The translations under genes were made by a program, and so were the position numbers. From positions 1-24,363 of the forward strand of contig JBGGMM010000039.1 in assembly GCA_041288045.1 (NCBI GenBank): a DNA stretch of 24,363 nucleotides, read 5' to 3'. Positions within the stretch are counted from its first letter, which is position 1. The number at the start of each line of letters is the position of its first letter. The notes beneath the pieces were generated by a model. It worked only from the letters and a program-made list of their open reading frames with translations, was not told the origin of the DNA and searched no databases. Shown here one piece after another: positions 1 to 8,000 of the stretch. The DNA comes from Pseudobdellovibrionaceae bacterium (GTDB lineage Bacteria > Bdellovibrionota > Bdellovibrionia > Bdellovibrionales > Bdellovibrionaceae).

Positions 1-2
1 TT

Positions 3-440
3 GAAAAACCAGATCGCATTCAAGTTGTTGCAAAAGAAACAATTGAACTGAAGTTTCAAGCGAATGAAGGATTAAGAGATAAGATAGAAACTCTGAAAGG
101 CTATTTGGCTCATTCGAATCCTCATATTTCTTTGGGTGAATTATTTGAAAAGCTCTGTGATTTGGGACTTCGGGAATATGATCCATCCCGAGCGTTCAGA
201 AAACGTCGCGTCATCAATTTGAAATCCAAAGCTCAAGTGAAAAGAGAGGTGTTTCAAAGAGCCGGCAATCAATGTGAGAACTGTCATTCTACTTATGCTC
301 TGGAAATAGATCATATTCATCCGAAAGCTCTGGGTGGATCGGATGAAGCTAGTAATTTGAGACTTCTTTGCAAGTCTTGTAATCAAAGGGCTGCGATCAA
401 CGCATTTGGGGTTGGTAAAATGGAGTTCTATATGGGCTGA
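3..440 (+). CDS. HNH endonuclease-domain protein, 5'-truncated by the window edge
   Basis: The frame is open from position 3 (EKPDRIQVVAKETIELKFQANEGLRDKIETLKGYL...) into the 105..440 ORF. The C-terminus has CENC...LEIDHIHPKALGGSDEASNLRLLCKSCN, a zinc-binding HNH signature. Confidence 0.9.
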   Translation, partial: EKPDRIQVVAKETIELKFQANEGLRDKIETLKGYLAHSNPHISLGELFEKLCDLGLREYDPSRAFRKRRVINLKSKAQVKREVFQRAGNQCENCHSTYALEIDHIHPKALGGSDEASNLRLLCKSCNQRAAINAFGVGKMEFYMG

Positions 441-449
441 TCTGTTTTT

Positions 450-923
450 TTAGTTTCGTTCGACTTCGCCAGCGATTTTGCGAATGTACTCACCGAAGCC
501 AGGGTCTTCGCCGAGCAAGAGTTCTGGGAGTGCGGAGCGGAAGTCGCGGCGACGGCACCAGCTGCGGATGAAGTCGTCCCAGGTGGACCACAGACGCTGG
601 GTTTGGGGATTCATGTCATCTTCGTAGACGAGGATGTAAGCTCTCTCGAAAAGCGAGATGAGAATATCGAACATGACTTTTTTTCTTTCGATCTGTTCAT
701 CCGTGAGGTTGGCATTGGGGATTTCTGGTGACATCAGACGTAAATCCGCGTTTTCCAAAAGCAGCTTTGAAAAATCGGCGTACTCATCAGTCAGCTTTTG
801 ATAAATTTCCTCTTCCTCGTTTTGTCTTTCTTTTCGCCGATCCAGCATAAAGACGAAAATACCGAAAGGAAAACCAAAGACAGTGACCACATAACTTGCC
901 AGTTCCCAAAATTCTAAATCCAT
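450..923 (-). CDS. Hypothetical protein with one N-terminal transmembrane helix
   Basis: 157-aa ORF with hydrophobic WELASYVVTVFGFPFGIFVFML followed by a charged helical domain. It lies 20 nt downstream of the co-oriented lipid kinase gene. Confidence 0.8.
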   Translation of the reverse strand: MDLEFWELASYVVTVFGFPFGIFVFMLDRRKERQNEEEEIYQKLTDEYADFSKLLLENADLRLMSPEIPNANLTDEQIERKKVMFDILISLFERAYILVYEDDMNPQTQRLWSTWDDFIRSWCRRRDFRSALPELLLGEDPGFGEYIRKIAGEVERN

Positions 924-943
924 TGAAAAAACCTAACAATCTT

Positions 944-1843
944 TCAGGCCAAAGGCACGAAGACTTTTAACTGATGAGCGAGAAGTTCAAAGCGGGCCGG
1001 AGTTTTGGTTTTAATATCCCCGTCCACATCCAAGTGCATGGGCCGTTTGGTGCGAAGAATGAAAGAGTCCGACTGGAGGCTGAGGATTTCTTCTTTGGTC
1101 TTATGTTGGCCACGAAGCAGAGCCGGAATCAAATTCAAAGCTTTCCACCAGCGATCCACTTGGGTGCCGATCAAATTGAGAATTCCATCTGAGATGGAAG
1201 CATCTTCAGCGGCGATCAGTCCTGAGCCATAATAGCGACCATTGCACACGGAGACTTGCAGAGCTTTGATTTTGCGCACGATCCCGTGAGTTTCAATCCA
1301 AACCGAAAAGGGATTCATGCGTCTGGCCACTTTCCAAGCAAAATAAATATAGGCAAAAACTCCAAAGCGCTTTTTGGCCACAGGATCCACATGTCGATTG
1401 ATCTGCGTGCTCAGTCCTAGGCCTGCCACATTCAAAAAATAAAGCCCATTGACCCTGCCGACATCAATCCACTGCAATTGCCCCTCTTGCAAAACCCGAC
1501 AGGCCGAGGGCACATCGTTTGGAATCTTGAGATTTCTCGCCAAATTATTGGCAGTCCCCAAAGGCAAAATCAAAAGGGGTTTGGCCGAAAGAATCAATCC
1601 CTCCAAGGCCAAATTCAAAGTGCCATCCCCGCCAGCAATCGCAAACACATCTGTCTCTTTGGCATGAGAGAGAATGGCCTCGGTGTACTCCTCTCGGGAA
1701 GGAGTCAACATTTTCACGCTTGTTGTTCGACAATTTTCCAGTTCTTTTTTGATTTCATCCGCCCATTCGGCGCCCTGTCGAGCTGCTGGGTTGAGTATCA
1801 AAGTGACGTGTCGGATACTTTGCACATGAGACGACTGATTCAT
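944..1843 (-). CDS. Diacylglycerol kinase family lipid kinase (YegS/BmrU type)
   Basis: Motifs LILNP, AGGDGTL, LPLGTANNLARNL, IDVG, FLNVAGLG, NGRYYG and VDGD. A GGAG lies 9 nt upstream of ATG 1843; GTG 1825 is an alternative start. Confidence 0.93.
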   Translation of the reverse strand: MNQSSHVQSIRHVTLILNPAARQGAEWADEIKKELENCRTTSVKMLTPSREEYTEAILSHAKETDVFAIAGGDGTLNLALEGLILSAKPLLILPLGTANNLARNLKIPNDVPSACRVLQEGQLQWIDVGRVNGLYFLNVAGLGLSTQINRHVDPVAKKRFGVFAYIYFAWKVARRMNPFSVWIETHGIVRKIKALQVSVCNGRYYGSGLIAAEDASISDGILNLIGTQVDRWWKALNLIPALLRGQHKTKEEILSLQSDSFILRTKRPMHLDVDGDIKTKTPARFELLAHQLKVFVPLA

Positions 1844-2659
1844 ATTTCAGATCTCCACTTTGGCCGCATTCAAGATTTTCTTGTGCAAAATCTCATCCAG
1901 GATATTGTCGCAGCTCAACCGGATCTAGTAATTGTTTCGGGCGATTTGACTCAAAGAGCGAGGACCTCTCAGTTTCAAGAAGCCTGTCGTTTTTTAAAAA
2001 ATCTGCCTTTTGCAAAATTGGTGGTGCCCGGAAATCACGACATTCCACTTTGGAATCTTTATCGTCGATTTGCAAAGCCGCTCTCACGCTATCAGCGCTA
2101 CATCACTGAAAATCTCTCCCCTTCTTTTGAGGATAAGGAGATCAGCGTGCAAGGAATCAACACAGCTCATGGACGCACATTGGCCGGAGGTCATTTTCTC
2201 CAGGAAGACCTGCAGAGAATTCTGAATCACTGGTCGCAATTAGATCCACGCATCTTGAAGGTGCTCGTGAGCCATCATCCCTTTGAAGGCCTGACCCATC
2301 CCCAGCGCAATCGGCGATGGGGTTACCGGATTCATCATCCTGAAGAAATGGCTCTGACTGAACAAGCGGATCTCATTTTATCTGGCCACTTTCATCATTC
2401 GGATGCTTTTTTAACCGAACAGGTCTTTTTAACTCCACATCGATCCATCGTCGCCATTCAGGCCGGCACGGCCACCTCCTCACGTTTGCGCGAAGAAATG
2501 AATTCTTACAACCTGATTGAAACGGCAAATGGTGAAGTGCATTTCGAAAAAAGAATTTGGCGAGAGGACTCTGGGCGGTTTATCGCCGAAACAGATCGAA
2601 AATTTTATTTGCGTCACCAGGGCTGGAAGACAAGCTCAGTCGAGCCCCAATTTCTTTAA
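1826..2659 (+). CDS. Metallophosphoesterase (calcineurin-like, CpdA/Icc-related)
   Basis: Starts MRRLIHISDLHFG, with motifs SGDLTQRA, PGNHD, SHHP and LSGHFH. The start was moved from 1478 to 1826 because the upstream part is antisense to the kinase. Confidence 0.92.
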   Translation: MRRLIHISDLHFGRIQDFLVQNLIQDIVAAQPDLVIVSGDLTQRARTSQFQEACRFLKNLPFAKLVVPGNHDIPLWNLYRRFAKPLSRYQRYITENLSPSFEDKEISVQGINTAHGRTLAGGHFLQEDLQRILNHWSQLDPRILKVLVSHHPFEGLTHPQRNRRWGYRIHHPEEMALTEQADLILSGHFHHSDAFLTEQVFLTPHRSIVAIQAGTATSSRLREEMNSYNLIETANGEVHFEKRIWREDSGRFIAETDRKFYLRHQGWKTSSVEPQFL

Positions 2660-3157
2660 AAGATCATCGATATCATTTTGCGAGAGCTTGGCCTTTTGAC
2701 CTTTGTTCACATCCAAACTGCCACGCACGTCAGCTCCAAATTCTGAAGAAACCCAGCGCAGCCGCTCCAGAAAAGTCTTTGAAAAGAGCTCTTTGATTTC
2801 AACTGGCTTGCTCAGGCTTGCAATCATAGTCTGAAGAACTTCGGTTCCATCCAGCAAAAGAGCCACGCAGATATCATAGAACTGTTCATTGTTTCGGATT
2901 TGCGAGCTCTTATAACCCACAGCTTTGCAAATGGCTGCATAGTCGGCGATTTTATGGATCAATTCACCGGGCTTTTCATTGAGAGCCAAACTTTTCGCTG
3001 CCCCCATGATCCGATCCACATTGAGGCCGTACTCCTCTAGACTTTGGACCTGATCGAAGTTGCCTTCGCAGCTCTCCAATATCTGCACCATCTTGGCGAT
3101 GAGAATCTTTGACTCGGTCTGGAATTCTCTTAGAATTTCACTATCAATGTTTGCCAT
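2636..3157 (-). CDS. CheA-P1/Hpt-like protein with Asp at the phospho-His position and a CheZ-like C-terminal tail
   Basis: N-terminus EILREFQTESKILIAKMVQILE...LEEYGLNVDRIMGAAKSL aligns by eye, without gaps, to CheA P1 (F..E..EL...M...L...L..IFRAAHSIKGGA). C-terminus is LSQNDIDDLLKKLGLD. The start was set at MANIDSE. Confidence 0.75.
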   Translation of the reverse strand: MANIDSEILREFQTESKILIAKMVQILESCEGNFDQVQSLEEYGLNVDRIMGAAKSLALNEKPGELIHKIADYAAICKAVGYKSSQIRNNEQFYDICVALLLDGTEVLQTMIASLSKPVEIKELFSKTFLERLRWVSSEFGADVRGSLDVNKGQKAKLSQNDIDDLLKKLGLD

Positions 3158-3206
3158 CAAAGGAATCATAACATTCCTTTCAACAATGGCAAATAAAGAG
3201 ATGAAA

Positions 3207-4148
3207 ATGGAATATGTTCCGATTCGAGTCAGCACTCTTCGCGGCGATCAAAAAATTGATTTTGATGCTTTTATCAAAATCAACGAGAAATACATTCTCT
3301 ATTTGCGCAAAGGCGATTCTTTCGAAGGCGAGCGCCTGAAAAGACTCAAAAGCAAGAAACTCAAGAAAATGTTTATCCTTCCCGATGCCGAAAACAATTA
3401 CCGGGACTACCTTCATAAGAACATCGAAATGGCCTATGATAAAGGCTCGGGAAAAGAACTGACCAATCGGGCCGAAGTCATTCAAGGCAATCAACAGAGC
3501 AATGCCGAAGCTGTGATGGAAAATCCAGAAAATGAAATCATCTACAACGAAACCAAAGATGCCGTTGGAAAATTCGTCGATTTTCTCAATCAAGAAGATC
3601 CTGATTCCTTTTCGACCATCATGTCGATCGAAAATGCCGACCAGAGCATTGCCCATCATGGAGTGACTGTTTCAACACTGGCAATTGCTCTGGCCAAAAG
3701 ATTGAACTTAACAGACCCACGCCAGATGCAGCTTCTCAGCCTGGGGGCTCTTTTGCATGATTTCGAACATTTTCATTCGGGCCTCTCCATCAGCCGCCCC
3801 CTGTCCGATCTCAGCGAAGATGAAATGCGGGTTTACAAAACCCATCCGCGAGCCGGAGCTCAGAAAGTTCAAGATAAAAAACATTTCGATCAGACAGTGA
3901 TCAATATTATTTCTCAGCATGAAGAGTATGTGGATGGAAAAGGATTTCCCAATGGCTTGCCAGAGGCGAAAATGGATCCACTGGCTGTGATCGTCGCTTC
4001 TTGCAATGCATTGGATCGATTGATCACTTTTGAAGGAGTCCCTAAAAAAGAAGCTGTCCGCCGACTGATGATCACCGGCGTGGGCAAATACCCTTTGAAT
4101 CACATTCAGCTTCTGGGTGATATCATGAACACACTTCAGCTCGGCTGA
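3207..4148 (+). CDS. HD-GYP domain protein, degenerate
   Basis: Motifs HHGVTV, ALLHDFEH, KTHPRAG, QHEEYVDGKGFPNGL and IVASCNALD. The start is MEYVPIRV (3207) or ATG 3201. Confidence 0.88.
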   Translation: MEYVPIRVSTLRGDQKIDFDAFIKINEKYILYLRKGDSFEGERLKRLKSKKLKKMFILPDAENNYRDYLHKNIEMAYDKGSGKELTNRAEVIQGNQQSNAEAVMENPENEIIYNETKDAVGKFVDFLNQEDPDSFSTIMSIENADQSIAHHGVTVSTLAIALAKRLNLTDPRQMQLLSLGALLHDFEHFHSGLSISRPLSDLSEDEMRVYKTHPRAGAQKVQDKKHFDQTVINIISQHEEYVDGKGFPNGLPEAKMDPLAVIVASCNALDRLITFEGVPKKEAVRRLMITGVGKYPLNHIQLLGDIMNTLQLG

Positions 4149-4627
4149 AGAATTCCCCAAGCAAAAAAATTTTCAGCAATTTCTTTCTCCTGTGAAGAGA
4201 GATCCGCTTCAAAAAGCATTTGATCTTCGCGCAGGCGATCCAAAAGCTGAGCCTCTTCGAAAGTGGCTTTTCTCTCTTGCACTTGCCCAGCCGATTTCCA
4301 CAGCAGGTAAAGGCCCGGCTCTTTCCCCAAAATTTCACTGGCAGAGCGAAGAGGGAAAAACTGCAAGCTGGTATTGAGTTGAAGGTGAGGACCGCTGCTC
4401 ACTGCAGAGAAAGTTTGAGATTGAAGGAAGAACTGCAGATACTCATAATCCCCGACCTCTAAAATTTTCTGAGGGCATTTGTGGCTTTTTAAAAGCATGG
4501 GGAAAAAATGAAGCCGCTCAAATCCCCAGTCCTTTTCAAATTCATGCTGAAAACGTTGCGACTCTTCTGCTTCAAGCAAAGAAAGTGTCAGAGGAAAAAT
4601 TTTTTCAAGATCCGATGACAAAGCCAT
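4136..4627 (-). CDS. Hypothetical protein, weakly resembling DUF2063/HvfC-type proteins
   Basis: The ORF fills the gap between genes. The pattern LEKIFPLTLSLL...FFPMLL...PQKILEVGDYEY...LQLNTSLQFF recalls the DUF2063 pattern FP...F..FL...P.L.ELA..EW...L.L.PS. Family assignment is uncertain. Confidence 0.6.
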   Translation of the reverse strand: MALSSDLEKIFPLTLSLLEAEESQRFQHEFEKDWGFERLHFFPMLLKSHKCPQKILEVGDYEYLQFFLQSQTFSAVSSGPHLQLNTSLQFFPLRSASEILGKEPGLYLLWKSAGQVQERKATFEEAQLLDRLREDQMLFEADLSSQEKEIAENFFAWGILQPS

Positions 4628-4659
4628 AGCGAGTTTATTAAAACATAAGAGAGGTGAAG

Positions 4660-5391
4660 ATGGAAATTTATTTGCAGACATGGCCTGAAGTCGAAAATTA
4701 TCTGAAGCATAAAAAAGACCTGATTTTTCCAGTCGGCTCCACCGAGCAGCACGGACCGACGGGCTTGATCGGCACGGATTATCTCACGGCCTGGGAAGTG
4801 GCTAAAAAAGTCGGAGAAAAAACTCACACACTTGTCGCCTCGCCTCTTTGCTATGGAATGGCCCTTCACCATTTGGCTTTTCCAGGGTCGGCAGCATTAA
4901 AGCCCACCACTTACATTCAAGTGGTCAAAGAATTGGTGCAAAGCTATGCCCGAGCCGGTTTTGAAAAATTCATTTTCATCAATGGCCATGGAGGTAACAT
5001 TCCCTCTTTGCAGGCCAGCTTTTCGGAAATTCTCGGTGAGCTTCCCCGTCTGCGCTTGGAACTTTTCAATTGGTGGCATCTCAAAGAAGTCACGGATTAT
5101 GAGAAACAGGTTTTTGGTGAGATGAATGGCTTTCATGCCACTTGTGGAGAAATTTCAGCCACCATGGCCTCTCACCCCCAAGCTTTTCAAAAAACTCATG
5201 CTTTTGATTATTTTCCCACAGTGAAAAAAACAGATTGGCCTTTAAGTCCGGAGCGCTTTCGCGAGACCTTTCCAGATGGACGCATGGGGTCAGATCCCCG
5301 GCTTTCCACTCGAGCCCATGGCGAAGAAATTTTAGCTCGAGCAGTGAAATCGATTGCAGAGCACCTGCTCGATGCCGCTGAGCGAAATTAA
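4660..5391 (+). CDS. Creatininase (creatinine amidohydrolase) family protein
   Basis: Motifs TWPEV, PVGSTEQHGP, GTD, HHLAFPGS, INGHGGN, HATCGE and DGRMGSDP. An SD-like GAGGTG lies just upstream. Confidence 0.93.
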   Translation: MEIYLQTWPEVENYLKHKKDLIFPVGSTEQHGPTGLIGTDYLTAWEVAKKVGEKTHTLVASPLCYGMALHHLAFPGSAALKPTTYIQVVKELVQSYARAGFEKFIFINGHGGNIPSLQASFSEILGELPRLRLELFNWWHLKEVTDYEKQVFGEMNGFHATCGEISATMASHPQAFQKTHAFDYFPTVKKTDWPLSPERFRETFPDGRMGSDPRLSTRAHGEEILARAVKSIAEHLLDAAERN

Positions 5392-5440
5392 CCAAAATAA
5401 ATTTTGACCCCTTCTCGCTCCGATGCAAAAACCGCTCGGC

Positions 5441-5995
5441 ATGAAATCCTTCATCGTTCTGGTTTTACTGACTTCGGTTTTTTTCGTTTGCTCATTGGCC
5501 CGTGCATTGAACATTCGCGGTTTTGTCTATCAAGATAAAAACGGCTATTCGCTGATTGATCCTGAAACCTTGACGTCTTCACCCATTTTGACAAAAAGCA
5601 GGGACGTCGAACGCGAACTCAAAAAACTGGCCAATTTCGACAGTCTCCTGGGCTCTGGGACATTTTCTGAAAAGGAAAAATCCAAAGCGCTGAATTTGGA
5701 GACCATTGATTTTGTCGCTCTCAGACGTCTTTTGGGTTTTTGGAAATCCGCCGACGACTCCTTGGTGAATTTCATTGATTATCAACGAGTGTCTTTTACG
5801 GTCAAAGGCAGCCGAGTGGAGTATTGCTATGTGATGACTCCGTCGAATGGCAAATTCTGGAGAATTCTTCTGACCGATCAAACTTCTGTTGTGCTTGGCA
5901 GTGTCCTGGTTGAGAATGACAAAGCTGAAATTGAAATTTATGACACTGACACTGGCGACACAACTCAAAGGTTCAACCTTCAAAGGGTTTTCTAA
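5441..5995 (+). CDS. Hypothetical exported protein
   Basis: Signal-peptide-like MKSFIVLVLLTSVFFVCSLARA followed by a beta-rich sequence. It sits in a co-oriented run, 8 nt before hutG. Confidence 0.75.
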   Translation: MKSFIVLVLLTSVFFVCSLARALNIRGFVYQDKNGYSLIDPETLTSSPILTKSRDVERELKKLANFDSLLGSGTFSEKEKSKALNLETIDFVALRRLLGFWKSADDSLVNFIDYQRVSFTVKGSRVEYCYVMTPSNGKFWRILLTDQTSVVLGSVLVENDKAEIEIYDTDTGDTTQRFNLQRVF

Positions 5996-6003
5996 AACTT
6001 CCC

Positions 6004-6966
6004 ATGGGTAATCACTGGAAAGCCACGGATGCTTCTTTGTTTTTCTCAAAGAAGGATCCTCAGGATCCTCGGCTCGGGGATTTTGTTCAAAGTTTTTCCG
6101 GTTCTCTGCTTGAAACTTCCGCTGATTTTTTTCTTTGGGGCTATCCCGATCATGAAGGCATTCAGCTCAATGGTGGGAGAGTGGGAGCTGCCGAAGCTCC
6201 GCAAGCCATCCGCCGTGTGTTTTACAAAATGACCCCGCATGTTCAAAATTTTCAGAGACCGCGGATTCTCGATGGTGGGGATCTTTCTCTCGAGCTCTCA
6301 CTGCCCGACAGACATATTCAGGGAGCTCACCGGGCCCAAGCCGCAACCGACAGTCAAATCCCCTGGGCCAGCCTAGGTGGAGGTCACGATTATGGCTATG
6401 CTGACGGTGCCGGCTTCCTTCGCTCGCAACTGGCTCAGAAAAAACGGCCCTTGGTTTTGAATTTAGATGCGCATCTCGATGTCAGACCGGCAGTGCAAAA
6501 TTTTAATTCGGGAACTCCTTTTTACCGGCTTCTCACGGAATTTGAAGGCGAATTTGATTTTTACGAAATCGGCTTGCAGCCTCATTGCAATTCGAAAGCT
6601 CATTGGGATTGGGCGATTTCCAAGGGCGCAAAGCTGATCCCTCTGCAGGATATCGAAAGCGAAGGGCTTCTGCCTCTGTTCCAAAGAGTTTTACAGAAAC
6701 ATCAGGGCCAGCCCCTTTGGCTCAGTCTAGATATGGATGCGCTGACTTCGACGGAAGCTCCCGGCTGCTCACAATCATGGACCACTGGGCTTCGCTCTCA
6801 AAATGTGATGGACAGTATGAGCTGGATGATTTCTTTTTTTGAATGGAAAGCCTTTTCCATTTATGAAGTGTCACCGCCGCTGGATTCTGATTTACGAACT
6901 GCCAAATTAGCCGCTCAATTTCTGCACCACTACCTTTTTTTAGCGATGGGGAAACAAAAACCATGA
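6004..6966 (+). CDS. hutG: Formimidoylglutamase (arginase/ureohydrolase family)
   Basis: Motifs DPRLGD, EGIQLNGGRVGAAEAP, LGGGHD, LDAHLDVR, NSGTPFY, SLDMD, APGCS and EVSPPLD. Confidence 0.88.
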   Translation: MGNHWKATDASLFFSKKDPQDPRLGDFVQSFSGSLLETSADFFLWGYPDHEGIQLNGGRVGAAEAPQAIRRVFYKMTPHVQNFQRPRILDGGDLSLELSLPDRHIQGAHRAQAATDSQIPWASLGGGHDYGYADGAGFLRSQLAQKKRPLVLNLDAHLDVRPAVQNFNSGTPFYRLLTEFEGEFDFYEIGLQPHCNSKAHWDWAISKGAKLIPLQDIESEGLLPLFQRVLQKHQGQPLWLSLDMDALTSTEAPGCSQSWTTGLRSQNVMDSMSWMISFFEWKAFSIYEVSPPLDSDLRTAKLAAQFLHHYLFLAMGKQKP

Positions 6967-8000
6967 ATCGACGGGGTTTTGGCAGCGACAATCATTCAGG
7001 AGTGCATCCAAAATTGATGCAAGCCCTGCAACACGCCAACGAAGGCCACGCCCCCAGTTATGGCACTGACAGTTGGAGTGAAAAAGCAATTTTACAATTT
7101 AAAAAAGAATTTGGTGAACACACTGAAGCTTTTTTTGTCTTTAATGGCACTGCCGCCAATGTTTTGAGCCTTCGAGCTTTAGTTGCTCCCTATCAAGCTG
7201 TACTTTGCTCTGATGTCAGCCACTTGCAGATGGATGAGTGCGGGGCTCCCGAATTTTTTGCTGGCTGCAAATTGCTCACTTTGCCTTCGCAGCAGGGAAA
7301 AATCTCTCTTTCCACTTTGAAAGAAACTCTGATTCGAAGAGGAGACCAACACTACTCTCAAGCCAAAGTGCTCAGCCTCACCCAACCCACAGAGCTTGGG
7401 ACTTGCTACAGCTTGCAGGAGATGAGGGACATCATCACTTGGGCCCATCAGGAAAATCTGTGGGTGCATGTCGATGGCTCCAGGCTGGCCAATGCAGCTC
7501 ACACTTTGGGTGTCACCTTTCGCCAGCTGACGACGGATCTTGGCGTTGACGTGGTCAGCTTTGGCGGAACGAAAAATGGTTTGATGATGGGCGAAGCTGT
7601 GCTTTTTCTCAATTCGAAGTTGGCAGAGAATTTCAAATACATTCGAAAGCAATCGGCTCAGCTGCCATCAAAGACCCGCTTTCTAGCTGCACAGTTTGAA
7701 ACTTATTTGGGATCAGGTTTGTGGAAAGAAATTGCCGCTCACTCTTGTCAAATGGCGGAAAGACTTTACCAGGGACTGCAAAAAAACCCAGGCGTGCAAT
7801 TGACGGCTCCCCGTGAATCCAACGCTGTGTTTGCAAAAATCCCCAGGGATTGGGTCAAAAAACTCCGGGAGCACTTTTTTTTCTATGTTTGGGATGAAAA
7901 AAATTTTGAATGTCGATTGATGACGAGCTGGGACACCACTCAAGAGGACATCGATGGCTTTCTCACTTTGGCGCAAAAACTTGCAGGAGAAAACAAATGA
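6963..8000 (+). CDS. ltaE: Low-specificity L-threonine aldolase
   Basis: Motifs FGSDNHSG, YGTD, FNGTAANVL, DECGAPE, TQPTELGT, HVDGSRLANA and SFGGTKNG (PLP Lys). ATGA overlap with hutG. Confidence 0.93.
   Translation: MNRRGFGSDNHSGVHPKLMQALQHANEGHAPSYGTDSWSEKAILQFKKEFGEHTEAFFVFNGTAANVLSLRALVAPYQAVLCSDVSHLQMDECGAPEFFAGCKLLTLPSQQGKISLSTLKETLIRRGDQHYSQAKVLSLTQPTELGTCYSLQEMRDIITWAHQENLWVHVDGSRLANAAHTLGVTFRQLTTDLGVDVVSFGGTKNGLMMGEAVLFLNSKLAENFKYIRKQSAQLPSKTRFLAAQFETYLGSGLWKEIAAHSCQMAERLYQGLQKNPGVQLTAPRESNAVFAKIPRDWVKKLREHFFFYVWDEKNFECRLMTSWDTTQEDIDGFLTLAQKLAGENK

Noticed and set aside
1478..1825. N-terminal 116-aa extension of the metallophosphoesterase ORF
   Set aside because: It is antisense to the well-supported lipid kinase, and the family motif starts at Met 1826.
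3060..3235. Longer overlapping starts for the HD-GYP and pseudo-Hpt ORFs
   Set aside because: The extensions overlap each other's coding regions and have no domain features.
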